From Candidatus Moraniibacteriota bacterium (lineage in GTDB: Bacteria > Patescibacteriota > Minisyncoccia > Moranbacterales > UBA1568): DNA of 64,000 nucleotides. Shown piece after piece: positions 11,774-20,769 of this stretch (position 1 is the first letter of the stretch; every line of letters begins with the position of its first letter). Under the pieces are notes generated by a model, which saw only the letters and a program-made list of their open reading frames with translations, searched no databases and was not told where the DNA came from. A program made the translations under genes and the position numbers. The DNA lies in NCBI GenBank assembly GCA_016699385.1, contig CP064974.1:3242-67241 (forward strand), written 5' to 3'.

Positions 11774-13967
11774 ATGTTTTCTATCCGACTCTTTCTTGGA
11801 CAATCATTGCGCTTTTTCTTGCTGTGGGGGCGGGGTTCTACTGGAAACACCAAGGGCAGAATGAATCAAAAGCCGGGACGACGGTGAATGCGCCCGAAAC
11901 AACAATCAATACGCTCACGACCGGACTCGTCGGGCATTGGACATTTGATGCCCTCGATATCTCCGGGACGACGGTAACGGATCGGGGAACCGGAGGAAAT
12001 GACGGGACGATCACGGGAGCAGTGCCAGCCTTGGGGAAACTGGGTCAGGGGATGGGGTTTGATGGGGGTGGGGATTATGTTTGCATGGGCGATGTCCTTG
12101 CATTCGAACGTACCGACCCATTTTCGCTTTCGGCATGGGTTCATCTCGCGACAGACTCGGATGTAGACGGTTCAATAATCGGAAAGATGGGTCCTACCCC
12201 TGATCAGCGAGGATACGACATCTATGCTTCGACCGCTTCATGGAAAGCGAATATTCGAAACAGCGATTCCGGTTCCAATGGCATCACCGTGAATGGACTT
12301 TCCGATATCGCCGATGAAACATGGCACCATATCGCTGTGACGTATGACGGTTCCTCGAGCGCTTCGGGGGTCACTCTGTACGTCGATGGCGCGGATGATA
12401 CGGGCACGACTGACATGGATACGCTTTCCGCTACCATTGTCTCGAGTGCGGATTTTTCGATGGGCACACGAAACTGCACCCCTTCGCCCATCTTTGATGT
12501 TAAGGGGGTGATCTGACGATGTTCGCATCTACTCCCGCGCGCTCACCCAAGCGGAAGTCTACCAGCTCTCCACTGCCGGCGTGGCGACGGTGAACGCTCC
12601 TGTCGAAGACCCCTCTCCCAATCCCTCCGCGGCTACTGGAAACTCGATGACGGCTCCGGCACCAATGCGACCGACAGTAGTGGAAATGCAAACACCCTCG
12701 CCATGACTGGCTCTCCCGGTTGGGTGACCGGAAACATCGGTCCCTCTGCCCTCGACTTCTCCGGAAGCGGACAATACCTCTCCGTCGCCGATCCCGCAAG
12801 CGGTGTCCTCGACTTTGCCAATGGAGCCGACTTCTCCCTCACAGGCTGGTTCAATCGAGACACTTTCACCGCCGACCACACCATCGTCGCCAAGAAAACC
12901 GACCAAGCTACCAATGCCGGCTATGTCGTCTGGATAGATGCCTCTACCGATACGGTCAACTTCGAAATTTCTGATGGTACCTATACCTACGAAGCAGACT
13001 CTACCACAACATTCACATCAACCGGTTGGCATCACTTCACTGCCGTCTGGGATGATAGTCGTGGTGCCTCTGTCTATATCGACGGAGGACTCAATGGAAG
13101 CACAGAAACCTCTACCAGTAGTATAGGAGACCTCTCGAACGCCAATGCCTTCCGTATCGGAGCCGAATCCGACGCCGGAGTTCCTTTTGATGGCAAGCTC
13201 GATGATATCCGCGTCTATGGCTACGCTCTCTGCTGACGAAGTAAAGAAGCTCTACAATACCACGAGCCCCGCCCAACCCGTCGACACCTCCTTGGTTGGG
13301 CACTGGACGTTTGATGGTCCGGATATTCAGGGAGTACCGCAATAGACAGGAGTAGCTTCGGGAACAATGGGACGATAACGGGAGCGGTACCGGTGAAGGG
13401 GAAATTGGGCCAGGGGATGAGTTTTGATGGGGATGGGGATTATGTGTATGCCGGGTCGGGGTCGTCGCTTGCCAATTTGAGCGCTCTCACGATTTCATTT
13501 GGATGAATTTGGATTCGTTTGGCCAGAATAGCCAGGGAAATGTTATCAACAAAGGTTCCGATTGTTGCACGCCTTTGGAAGGATTTCTCGTGAGAGTGGA
13601 CGGAATATATAATTTTGTCGTATTTGGTGTTGATTATGATGGAGCGACAGATCTTGCAATGCAGTCCCTTGATAATTCTCTGACGAGTTCAGATTTCGGT
13701 ATCTGGAATCATATCGCGGTGACATGGACCGGATCATCCGCAGCGACGAGCGTCGTCATATACAAGAACGGACAAAATGTCACTCAGTCATCCGGCGACA
13801 ATGGCATCGGAAGTCGGAGAGACGATTCCGGATCGGGTTTCCATATTGGAGTTGATGCAGGATGGCCCATTGCGCGTGCTTTTGATGGGAAACTCGACGA
13901 TGTCCGCCTCTACAATCGTGTCCTCTCGGCAACGGAAGTAATGAATCTCTATACTCTCGGGCGGTAG
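11774..13967 (+). pseudogene. degraded paralogue (copy B) of the 3xLamG surface protein
   Basis: The ATG at 11774 is out of frame with the TM/LamG reading frame, and there are at least 5 further frame changes. The 3' part (12596..13967) is identical to 38853..40228 except for single-base homopolymer/dinucleotide deletions (cccc->ccc, ctctct->ctct, gggg->ggg, tttt->ttt). Confidence 0.7.
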
Positions 13968-14350
13968 GGCGATAGATGGAACGAGAAGCATAGATACCTC
14001 ATTCAATCCATTCAAGCGTTCATTTGTAAAAAATAATTTTCTAGCCGTCATCCTATGCTACCCCTCAAAATATCGGTCAAGAAGAGAATGCTCCGATCAG
14101 TCTTCTTTTCGGTCACTGCCCTTTTTTTGTTCATCGGTATTTCTTCAAGCGCCGAAGCGGCAAACAAATATGTGCGCCAGGGTGCTTCTGGGAACGGGAG
14201 CGATTGGACGAACGCGTATGCGACATTGCCGAGCGATCTGACCCGCGGCGATACCTACTATATCGCGGATGGGAGTTACGGCAGCTACACCTTCGACGAC
14301 AACGCCAGCGGCACAACGCCGATCACGATTAAGAAATGCACTGCGAGCGA
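12596..14350 (+). repeat. dispersed duplication: about 1.76-kb block essentially identical to 38853..40635 (26 kb away)
   Basis: Minus- and plus-strand ORF-track peptides 12633..12914, 12720..12974, 12938..13126, 13546..13737 and 13788..14051 are letter-for-letter identical to 38890..39171, 38977..39231, 39195..39383, 39807..39998 and 40049..40312. The offset drifts from 26257 to 26261 because of 4-5 single-base indels. Confidence 0.9.
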
Positions 14351-17063
14351 TCATGGGACGGAGACTGGGTACAGTTCGGCTTATTGCGACGGGCAGGCGG
14401 TATTTGGGTCATTTATTTTTGCGAGTGACTACTGGATTATTGATGGTGCAACGCGGAATGAAAGTAATTGGGCTGATGGTGGTGCGTACGGTTTCCGCGT
14501 ATCAACGTTCTCGGCGAACACGTCATTCTCGCCGGGAGTGTGCGCATCTAATCTGACAATGCAGTATGTGAACGCAGGGGGCACGCCCACGGGAAACCCG
14601 CCGACAGGCGGCGTGGACGCAGCATTTTATATAGGCGGTTTTGATGAATATTGTCAGAATTGGACGATGTCTCACAACTATGTGCACGACACAATCACAA
14701 CCTATCATATGAATGGAGTACGGGGCGGGTTGATCGAGTACAGCTATATCGTAAATGGATGGTCAAAGGAAGCGATCCGCGGTCAAATTTGTATGAGCAA
14801 TTTTTCCATTCGGCATAATATCTTCAAGGATTCCTGTCAGGGGAATCCTGCTGATCCCACAGCTGGTGCTTGTACTGGGACAATTGCCCTTTTTGATGGT
14901 TACGAAAACTCGGCATGCTGGGCTAATTCGAAAATCTACGGAAATGTTTTATGGGTAACCAATAGTGCATCTATGCAAGATGCTATCATTGTTATCGGTG
15001 GATCAAACGACAATGTTCCGGGAGTGGAAATCTACAATAATACCCTGGCGGGTTTTAAGGAAGGGAATCTCGCTGTCTTGGTCCGAGGTTCGGGTAGCGT
15101 ATGCCGAAACAATCTGTCATACGATACTGCCAGATCGGTTGCCTATAGTTGCTCGTCATCGTCAAATAACATTCACAGTAATATTTCTCCGTTCGTCAAC
15201 TACTCAGGAGGAGATTTCCGCCTGTCTGGAGCTACGGCGGCGGGTTATTCTCTGGGTTCACCCTACAACGCGGATTTATTGAGCAATACCCGCGGTGCCG
15301 ACGGCACCTGGGACATCGGCGCCTACGAGTACACCTCCGGCTCTAGTACCCCCGACACCACGTCTCCCACTTCTCCCACCGGCCTCGCCGCAAACGCCAC
15401 GAGCCAATCGAGCATCACCGTCTCCTGGACCGCCTCGACCGATCCGACAGTCGCAGGACAAACCACGTCAGGTATTTCCAATTACGTCGTCGAACGCTGC
15501 CAAGGAACAGGCTGTTCCACCTTCACCCAAGTCGGCACTCCGACCACCTCTCCCTTCGTCGACTCCGGCCTCACGCCAAACACCTTTTACAACTATCACG
15601 TCCGCGCGACCGATGCCGCCGGGAATCTCTCCGGCTGGTCCAATGTGGTCGGCGCCACCACACAAGCTCCTGATACGCAAGCGCCCACAGCTCCGAGTAA
15701 TCTCCAAACCTCCGTCGTCTCATCCTCCAGCATCAACCTCGCCTGGACGGCAAGCACAGACAATGTCGCCGTCACCAATTACACCGTCGAACGCTGCTCC
15801 GGAACTTCCTGCACCACCTTCACCCAAATCGCCACTCCAACGACCAACTCCTACTCCGACGCCGGTCTTACGGGAACGACGACCTACCGTTACCGAGTCC
15901 TCGCAACCGACGCCGCCAACAACCTCTCCCCCTATTCGAATATTGCTTCCGCGACCACGCCCGTTGCGCCTCCCGTCTCCCAGTATCTCCAGGCGGGCTA
16001 CAACTTTGCCGAAGGTACCGGCACCACCACCCAAGACATCTCCGGTCACAACCACGCCGGTACTCTCTCCAATACAACTTGGTCGACGAGCGGCAAATAC
16101 GGAAACGCTCTCGACTTTAACGGAACGAGCAGCTCTGTCGGTATTGGAAACTGGAACATTCCCGGAAGCGCCATCACCCTAAGCGCCTGGGTACGGGCGG
16201 ACGACTGGAAGACGGACGATGTCCGCATCCTCTCCAAAGCAACCGACAGTACCGAACAGGGTCATACCTGGATGCTCTCCGATTCCAATAGTCTCCTCCG
16301 CTTCCGCCTCAAAACCGGTGGCACAACCACAACCCTCGTTGCAACGAGCGGCACTCTCCAAACAAATGTCTGGACTCATGTCGCCGCGGTCTATGACGGA
16401 AGCACGATGACACTCTACAAAGACGGACTCGAAGTCGGAAGCCAAGCCAAAACCGGCACCATCGATCAAAACACCGCCAACATTTCAATCGGAGCAAATC
16501 CCGAAGGCTCCAACTCCTTTGACGGTACGATAGACGATGTCCGCATCTACAACAAGGCGCTCACGCAATCAGAAATCCAAACCGATATGAATACGGCGCT
16601 TACTTCGGGAGGAGGCGGTACGGTCGCCTGCAACACGGTGACGACCGCGAACTTTTCCGATGCCGCTTACAACAGTTACGGCGCGCCTTTCGATCCCTTC
16701 ACGAGTAACACCCCGCTTGTCAATGTGACCTGTAACAGCGCCGATACCGACACGATCACTCTCACGACCGGCATAACCGGCGACACGACCCGCATCGTCT
16801 ACACCAAAGGCTACTGGTACGATGCAATAGGAAGCGCCTGGCGACAATACACCGGCACCTGCACGGGAGCGCTCAATGGCGAGTGGTGCCAAGGCTCCGT
16901 CTCCGCGACGATCACGGATGCCAATGTCTCCACTTCCGGGACGGGCTCACCCACCTACCTGGTCGGGATGACCTGCAGTGTGCAGGGAGGTGGGTGGAAA
17001 TGCGGATGTCGGGACACGAGTTGTACGAATTTCTCGTGGCAGATTCAAGGGGCGGGACAGTGA
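14055..17063 (+). CDS. large secreted surface protein (copy B, intact): signal peptide, right-handed beta-helix (pectate-lyase-like) domain, 2 FN3 domains, LamG_3 domain and an about 150-aa Cys-rich C-terminal domain
   Basis: 1002-aa ORF. The likely true start is the second ATG at 14088 (MLRSVFFSVTALFLFIGISSSAEA), which has a GAAGAGA RBS. A beta-helix cap motif (RGADGTWDIGAYEY) and two FN3-like units (ITVSWTASTD...YNYHVRATDAAGNLSGWSN; INLAWTASTDNVAVTNYTVERC...YRYRVLATDAANN) are present. A LamG_3 signature (GNALDFNGTSSS...ITLSAWVRADDW...FDGTIDDVRIYNKALTQSEIQ) follows, then a C-terminus with 8 Cys (...GGGWKCGCRDTSCTNFSWQIQGAGQ*). Confidence 0.8.
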   Translation: MLPLKISVKKRMLRSVFFSVTALFLFIGISSSAEAANKYVRQGASGNGSDWTNAYATLPSDLTRGDTYYIADGSYGSYTFDDNASGTTPITIKKCTASDHGTETGYSSAYCDGQAVFGSFIFASDYWIIDGATRNESNWADGGAYGFRVSTFSANTSFSPGVCASNLTMQYVNAGGTPTGNPPTGGVDAAFYIGGFDEYCQNWTMSHNYVHDTITTYHMNGVRGGLIEYSYIVNGWSKEAIRGQICMSNFSIRHNIFKDSCQGNPADPTAGACTGTIALFDGYENSACWANSKIYGNVLWVTNSASMQDAIIVIGGSNDNVPGVEIYNNTLAGFKEGNLAVLVRGSGSVCRNNLSYDTARSVAYSCSSSSNNIHSNISPFVNYSGGDFRLSGATAAGYSLGSPYNADLLSNTRGADGTWDIGAYEYTSGSSTPDTTSPTSPTGLAANATSQSSITVSWTASTDPTVAGQTTSGISNYVVERCQGTGCSTFTQVGTPTTSPFVDSGLTPNTFYNYHVRATDAAGNLSGWSNVVGATTQAPDTQAPTAPSNLQTSVVSSSSINLAWTASTDNVAVTNYTVERCSGTSCTTFTQIATPTTNSYSDAGLTGTTTYRYRVLATDAANNLSPYSNIASATTPVAPPVSQYLQAGYNFAEGTGTTTQDISGHNHAGTLSNTTWSTSGKYGNALDFNGTSSSVGIGNWNIPGSAITLSAWVRADDWKTDDVRILSKATDSTEQGHTWMLSDSNSLLRFRLKTGGTTTTLVATSGTLQTNVWTHVAAVYDGSTMTLYKDGLEVGSQAKTGTIDQNTANISIGANPEGSNSFDGTIDDVRIYNKALTQSEIQTDMNTALTSGGGGTVACNTVTTANFSDAAYNSYGAPFDPFTSNTPLVNVTCNSADTDTITLTTGITGDTTRIVYTKGYWYDAIGSAWRQYTGTCTGALNGEWCQGSVSATITDANVSTSGTGSPTYLVGMTCSVQGGGWKCGCRDTSCTNFSWQIQGAGQ

Positions 17064-17097
17064 GAGTTCAAAGTTAAAAGTGAAAAATTCAAAGTTG

Positions 17098-17390
17098 AGG
17101 GAATTGCGTACGGGCGATTCCGGGTAATCGCCCTGTTCCCGTATTGTATTCCCATTTGCGCATTTGTATCCGCGCCCATTCCCGTTTTTCGTTCCCGCAT
17201 ACGGGTACGGGTACGGGGCGATTACGAAGAATCGCCCCTACCAAACGGGAACAGATACGCATCCGGGAACGGAAACGAGCCTGCATTCGGGTGCCGGCCT
17301 TGAATCATGATTTGCTTGATTAAAGGATGGAGAGGATTGCGTACGGGCGATTCCGGGTAATCGCCCCATGTTTTTGTTTTTGTCTGTTAC
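17098..17390. repeat. nested inverted-repeat element with three GGGCGATT-N6-AATCGCCC hairpins and a 31-nt direct repeat
   Basis: The 31-nt string attgcgtacgggcgattccgggtaatcgccc occurs at 17103..17133 and 17336..17366. The hairpins lie at 17112..17133, 17215..17238 (ggggcgatt-acgaag-aatcgcccc) and 17345..17366. Between the first and second hairpins are GTTCCC(G) repeats, and between the second and third the complementary CGGGAAC repeats. The third hairpin is followed by a T-rich tract (atgtttttgttttt). Confidence 0.6.
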
Positions 17391-17467
17391 GAAGCACGTC
17401 TTCTTCGCAATACGAATATGGGAATAAAGAAATTGACCGTTTGCTCGTTTTTTGTTATGATTCGCTT

Positions 17468-17671
17468 ATGACCACACGATCCATACTTGCCACATTCAGG
17501 ATTTTTCAAAAATCTCCGACTAAGAGTGCACTCCGTCGGAGCTATTTTGGCGCGTTTGAAAAGAAAATGGTCTATCGAACTACGAAGAGTGAAAACCCAG
17601 AACTCTCAATGAAAACGGTCAATGCGGTTTTCCGGAAATTGAGAACCAAAACGCATGCGTCATCTCGGTGA
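17468..17671 (+). CDS. candidate Fic antitoxin (small ORF with the [ST]xxxE[GN] inhibitory-helix motif)
   Basis: A 67-aa ORF (MTTRSILATF...MVYRTTKSENPELSMK...) contains TTKSEN, which matches the (S/T)xxxE(G/N) alpha-inh motif of class I Fic antitoxins. It overlaps the Fic start by 17 nt. It lies inside the longer, repeat-overlapping ORF 17327..17671, so the start is uncertain. Confidence 0.3.
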   Translation: MTTRSILATFRIFQKSPTKSALRRSYFGAFEKKMVYRTTKSENPELSMKTVNAVFRKLRTKTHASSR

Positions 17672-18284
17672 AACCAGCTACAAGCAAACGGCCTTTGGCA
17701 TTCTCCCGCGTTCCAAACTGATTCCCCTCGAAGTGGAAGGAATCAAACGGGCGTGGGATTTTGTTGTGAAGAAAAGCGAGGAGGGAGCGGATATGCTCAC
17801 GCTTCAATTCTTACAAGAAGCGCACCGCGAAGGTTTCGGATGGATATTCCCCGACATGGGTGGCAAATTTCGAACAATCGATGTCTCTGTTTCTCACCAT
17901 ACGCCCCCGAAATTTTACCTCGTTCCCGGACTCATGGATGATTTCCTGAAAGATGTTCACGTGAGGATGGAGAGTTTGTTGAAAGTTGAGAACGATACTT
18001 TTATAGACGAGCTTGTCACCCTTCTCGCGTGGGCGCATCACCGATTTCTCTGGATCCATCCGTTCTTGGATTACAACGGACGCATCGGTCGATTGCTTAA
18101 CAATATCATTCTCCTCTCGCTCGATTTTCCGCCAATCGAACTTAAGGTGGAGACAAAATCAGGGAGAAAGGCATATGTTGAGGCGCTTCAAGCGGCGGAT
18201 TCCGGCAACCTCTCCGCGCTGGAAGAAATGGTAAAAGCTGCTTTTACCGAAGCGGCGGAAAAAATGAAGGAGTTGCCCGAATAG
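17655..18284 (+). CDS. fic: Fic/Fido-domain protein with a degenerate active-site motif (HPFLDYNGRIGR)
   Basis: 209-aa ORF. AWAHHRFLWIHPFLDYNGRIGRLL matches the Fic core motif HxFx(D/E)GNGRxxR, except that the first Gly is replaced by Tyr. Confidence 0.75.
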   Translation: MRHLGETSYKQTAFGILPRSKLIPLEVEGIKRAWDFVVKKSEEGADMLTLQFLQEAHREGFGWIFPDMGGKFRTIDVSVSHHTPPKFYLVPGLMDDFLKDVHVRMESLLKVENDTFIDELVTLLAWAHHRFLWIHPFLDYNGRIGRLLNNIILLSLDFPPIELKVETKSGRKAYVEALQAADSGNLSALEEMVKAAFTEAAEKMKELPE

Positions 18285-18289
18285 CAACG

Positions 18290-18591
18290 ATCAGTAGTAT
18301 CGGCGACACCACCCGAATCGTCTACACCAAAGGCTACTACTATGATCCCGGTATTGCTGACTGGCATCAGTTTACCGGCACCTGTACAGGTGCCCTCAAT
18401 GGAGAATGGTGCCAAGGAAGTATCACTGCTTCCATTACCGATACCGATATCTCGACTGCGAGTGCCATAGACCCTGCCTACTTTGTCGGGATGACCTGCA
18501 GTATCCAAGGTGGTGGATGGAAGTGTGGGTGTCGGGATACAACGTGTTCAAACTTCTATTGGCAGGTGCAGGGGGCGGGGTTGTAGAGTGA
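18290..18591 (+). pseudogene. orphan 3' fragment encoding only the Cys-rich C-terminal domain of the large surface-protein family
   Basis: In-frame translation gives ISSIGDTTRIVYTKGYYYDPGIADWHQFTGTCTGALNGEWCQGSITASITDTDISTASAIDPAYFVGMTCSIQGGGWKCGCRDTTCSNFYWQVQGAGL*. This is about 75% identical to the C-termini of the 14055 and 40316 proteins. There is no start codon and no upstream domains. It begins 6 nt after the Fic stop. Confidence 0.7.
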
Positions 18592-18624
18592 GGGGTGATG
18601 GATTACTTACATCACATATCACAT

Positions 18625-18652
18625 TGACTTTCTTCTTGTTTTCGAAGATACT
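18625..18652 (+). promoter_or_regulatory. possible sigma70-like promoter for the atp operon (TTGACT-17-GATACT)
   Basis: TTGACT at 18625..18630 and GATACT at 18647..18652 lie immediately upstream of the atpB ORF. This is sequence pattern only. Confidence 0.25.
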
Positions 18653-19459
18653 GTGAGTAAGGGAAAGGTTTTTATTTCATCTGCTTTTTGGCAGAGGGTT
18701 TTTGTTTGTGTTATGAATATCTCCATTGCAGCGGAAACGCTCTTCCATCTTTGGGGGTTTCCAGTGACCAATACCATTGTACTGACACTCATTATCAGCG
18801 GTGCGCTCATCATTTTCTCAGTGCTTTTCTTTAAGAAACTCACGCTTGTGCCGGGGAAATTGCAGTCAGGTGTCGAGGCGGTGTTTGAGATGCTCTGGAG
18901 TCTTGTGGTAGATGTTGCCGGAAATGATCGTTTGGCACGGAAGTTCTTTCCAATTGTGGCGACGATTTTCCTTTTTGTGCTGTTCTCAAATTGGATTGAG
19001 TTGGTACCAGGACTTGGCACGGTGGGACTTCGCGCGGGACACGAGACGATTCCGTTTTTGCGAAGCGCTTCTGCGGATCTTAATATGACACTTGCTCTTT
19101 CTCTGGTAGTGGTATTCTTGGTGCAGTTTATCGGTATTGCGACGATTGGTGTTGCAAAATATGCGAGCAAGTTCCTCGTGAGTCCTTTTCAGAAGCCTTA
19201 TGGTGTTGGGACTTTCATGGGACTTTTGGAATTGATGGGGGAGGCGACGCGTGTTATTTCGTTCTCATTTCGTCTCTTTGGAAATATTTTTGCCGGGGAA
19301 GTACTTCTCATCGTTGTGCTCAATCTTGTGCCGTATTTTGTGCCGCTTCCGTTTCTTTTCCTGGAGCTCTTTGTGGGTGTGGTGCAGGCGGCGGTGTTCT
19401 CCATTCTGACGCTCGTATTTCTCAAGATGGCGACACTTGAGCCAGAGCACGCGCATTAG
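18653..19459 (+). CDS. atpB: F0F1 ATP synthase subunit a
   Basis: Multi-TM protein with the conserved subunit-a C-terminal region (FRLFGNIFAGEVLL...). It is the first gene of the atpBEFHAGDC cluster. The likely real start is the ATG at 18713 (MNISIAAETLF). Confidence 0.85.
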   Translation: MSKGKVFISSAFWQRVFVCVMNISIAAETLFHLWGFPVTNTIVLTLIISGALIIFSVLFFKKLTLVPGKLQSGVEAVFEMLWSLVVDVAGNDRLARKFFPIVATIFLFVLFSNWIELVPGLGTVGLRAGHETIPFLRSASADLNMTLALSLVVVFLVQFIGIATIGVAKYASKFLVSPFQKPYGVGTFMGLLELMGEATRVISFSFRLFGNIFAGEVLLIVVLNLVPYFVPLPFLFLELFVGVVQAAVFSILTLVFLKMATLEPEHAH

Positions 19460-19548
19460 GTTTGTCCAGTTGTATTTCGAATAGTCATGGGAGCAGTTCA
19501 AATATTTTAGTTTTTCAGGGGTTTTCTTTTATTGTCTTAAATAGGTAA

Positions 19549-19824
<276 letters not shown>

Positions 19825-19845
19825 GGAATTGAGAGCAGGGGAACA

Positions 19846-20358
19846 GTGGAATTTTTTGATGCATCTATGAGTGTGCTTGCAAAACTTGGCGTTGACTGGA
19901 AATTGCTTATCGCGCAGGCGGTAAATTTTCTCATTCTTTTGTGGGTGCTCCGGCGATTTGCTTATCGTCCTATGCTCGAATTTCTCGAGAAGCGAACGAA
20001 GAAAATAGAGTCTGGGCTTCGAGATGCAAAACGTGCAGCAGAAAAGCTCTCTGAAATCGAAGCGAAAGAGCGCGAAGTACTCGATGAAGCGCGCAAAGAA
20101 TCGATGGCGATTGTCGCGCACGCCCGGGAATCCGCAGAGAAAACAGCTGACAAAATCATGATTGAATCGCGCAAAGAATCAGAGCGCATTCTTGCTGAGA
20201 CGCGCAAAAAGATAGAAGCTGAGCAAGAGAGTATGCGCACGGATATGAAGCGCGAGCTTGCCGGGCTCGTGATGCTCGCGACCGAGAAAGTGCTCGATGA
20301 AAAGCTCAAAGGCATGAGTGACGATGAGCTGGTTCGCAAAGCCGTGGAGAAACTTTGA
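19846..20358 (+). CDS. atpF: F0F1 ATP synthase subunit b
   Basis: N-terminal TM helix followed by a long charged coiled-coil. Its position is between atpE and atpH. Confidence 0.8.
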   Translation: MEFFDASMSVLAKLGVDWKLLIAQAVNFLILLWVLRRFAYRPMLEFLEKRTKKIESGLRDAKRAAEKLSEIEAKEREVLDEARKESMAIVAHARESAEKTADKIMIESRKESERILAETRKKIEAEQESMRTDMKRELAGLVMLATEKVLDEKLKGMSDDELVRKAVEKL

Positions 20359-20361
20359 TCT

Positions 20362-20769
20362 ATGCGTATAACGGCGAGACAATATGCGGAGGGGTTGTAT
20401 GAGGCGGTGAAGCACGCCGAGTCGGCGAATCGCCCGAGTATGATTGATCGATTTCTCGCGTTCCTCGTGCGTGATCGGCGTCGGCGTGATATACCGCTTG
20501 TCCTTCGACATATCGAGCGGATTGCTGAGCGAGAGACGGGAGTGAAGCGGGTCGAGGTTGTGTCTGCGGTACCCCTTTCCGAAACATCGGAAACATCTCT
20601 GAAAGCGGCGGGAAAGAAAGTGTTTGGTGGAGAGAAAATGCTCCTGCAACAGAAAATAAGCAGAGCACTTCTCGGTGGCGCAGTACTTCGAACAGAAAAC
20701 GAAACATTCGATGCAAGTATCGGCGGACGACTTGGACAACTTAAGCAATTTCTCGAGAAGAGCCTATGA
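20362..20769 (+). CDS. atpH: F0F1 ATP synthase subunit delta (short form)
   Basis: 135-aa ORF between atpF and atpA, with a 4-nt overlap with atpA. It shows weak OSCP-like similarity. Confidence 0.6.
   Translation: MRITARQYAEGLYEAVKHAESANRPSMIDRFLAFLVRDRRRRDIPLVLRHIERIAERETGVKRVEVVSAVPLSETSETSLKAAGKKVFGGEKMLLQQKISRALLGGAVLRTENETFDASIGGRLGQLKQFLEKSL

Noticed and set aside
16590-17063. Diversity-generating retroelement (DGR) target/variable region in the Cys-rich C-terminal domains of the large surface proteins
   Set aside because: Differences among the four C-terminal copies are spread over synonymous and non-synonymous sites. They are not confined to adenine-templated positions. There is no template repeat and no reverse transcriptase gene in the window.
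17327-17671. 114-aa ORF MERIAYGRFRVIAPCF... as a real gene
   Set aside because: Its 5' third is a translation of the hairpin/direct-repeat element. Only the 3' part (from Met at 17468) is a plausible small antitoxin-like ORF.
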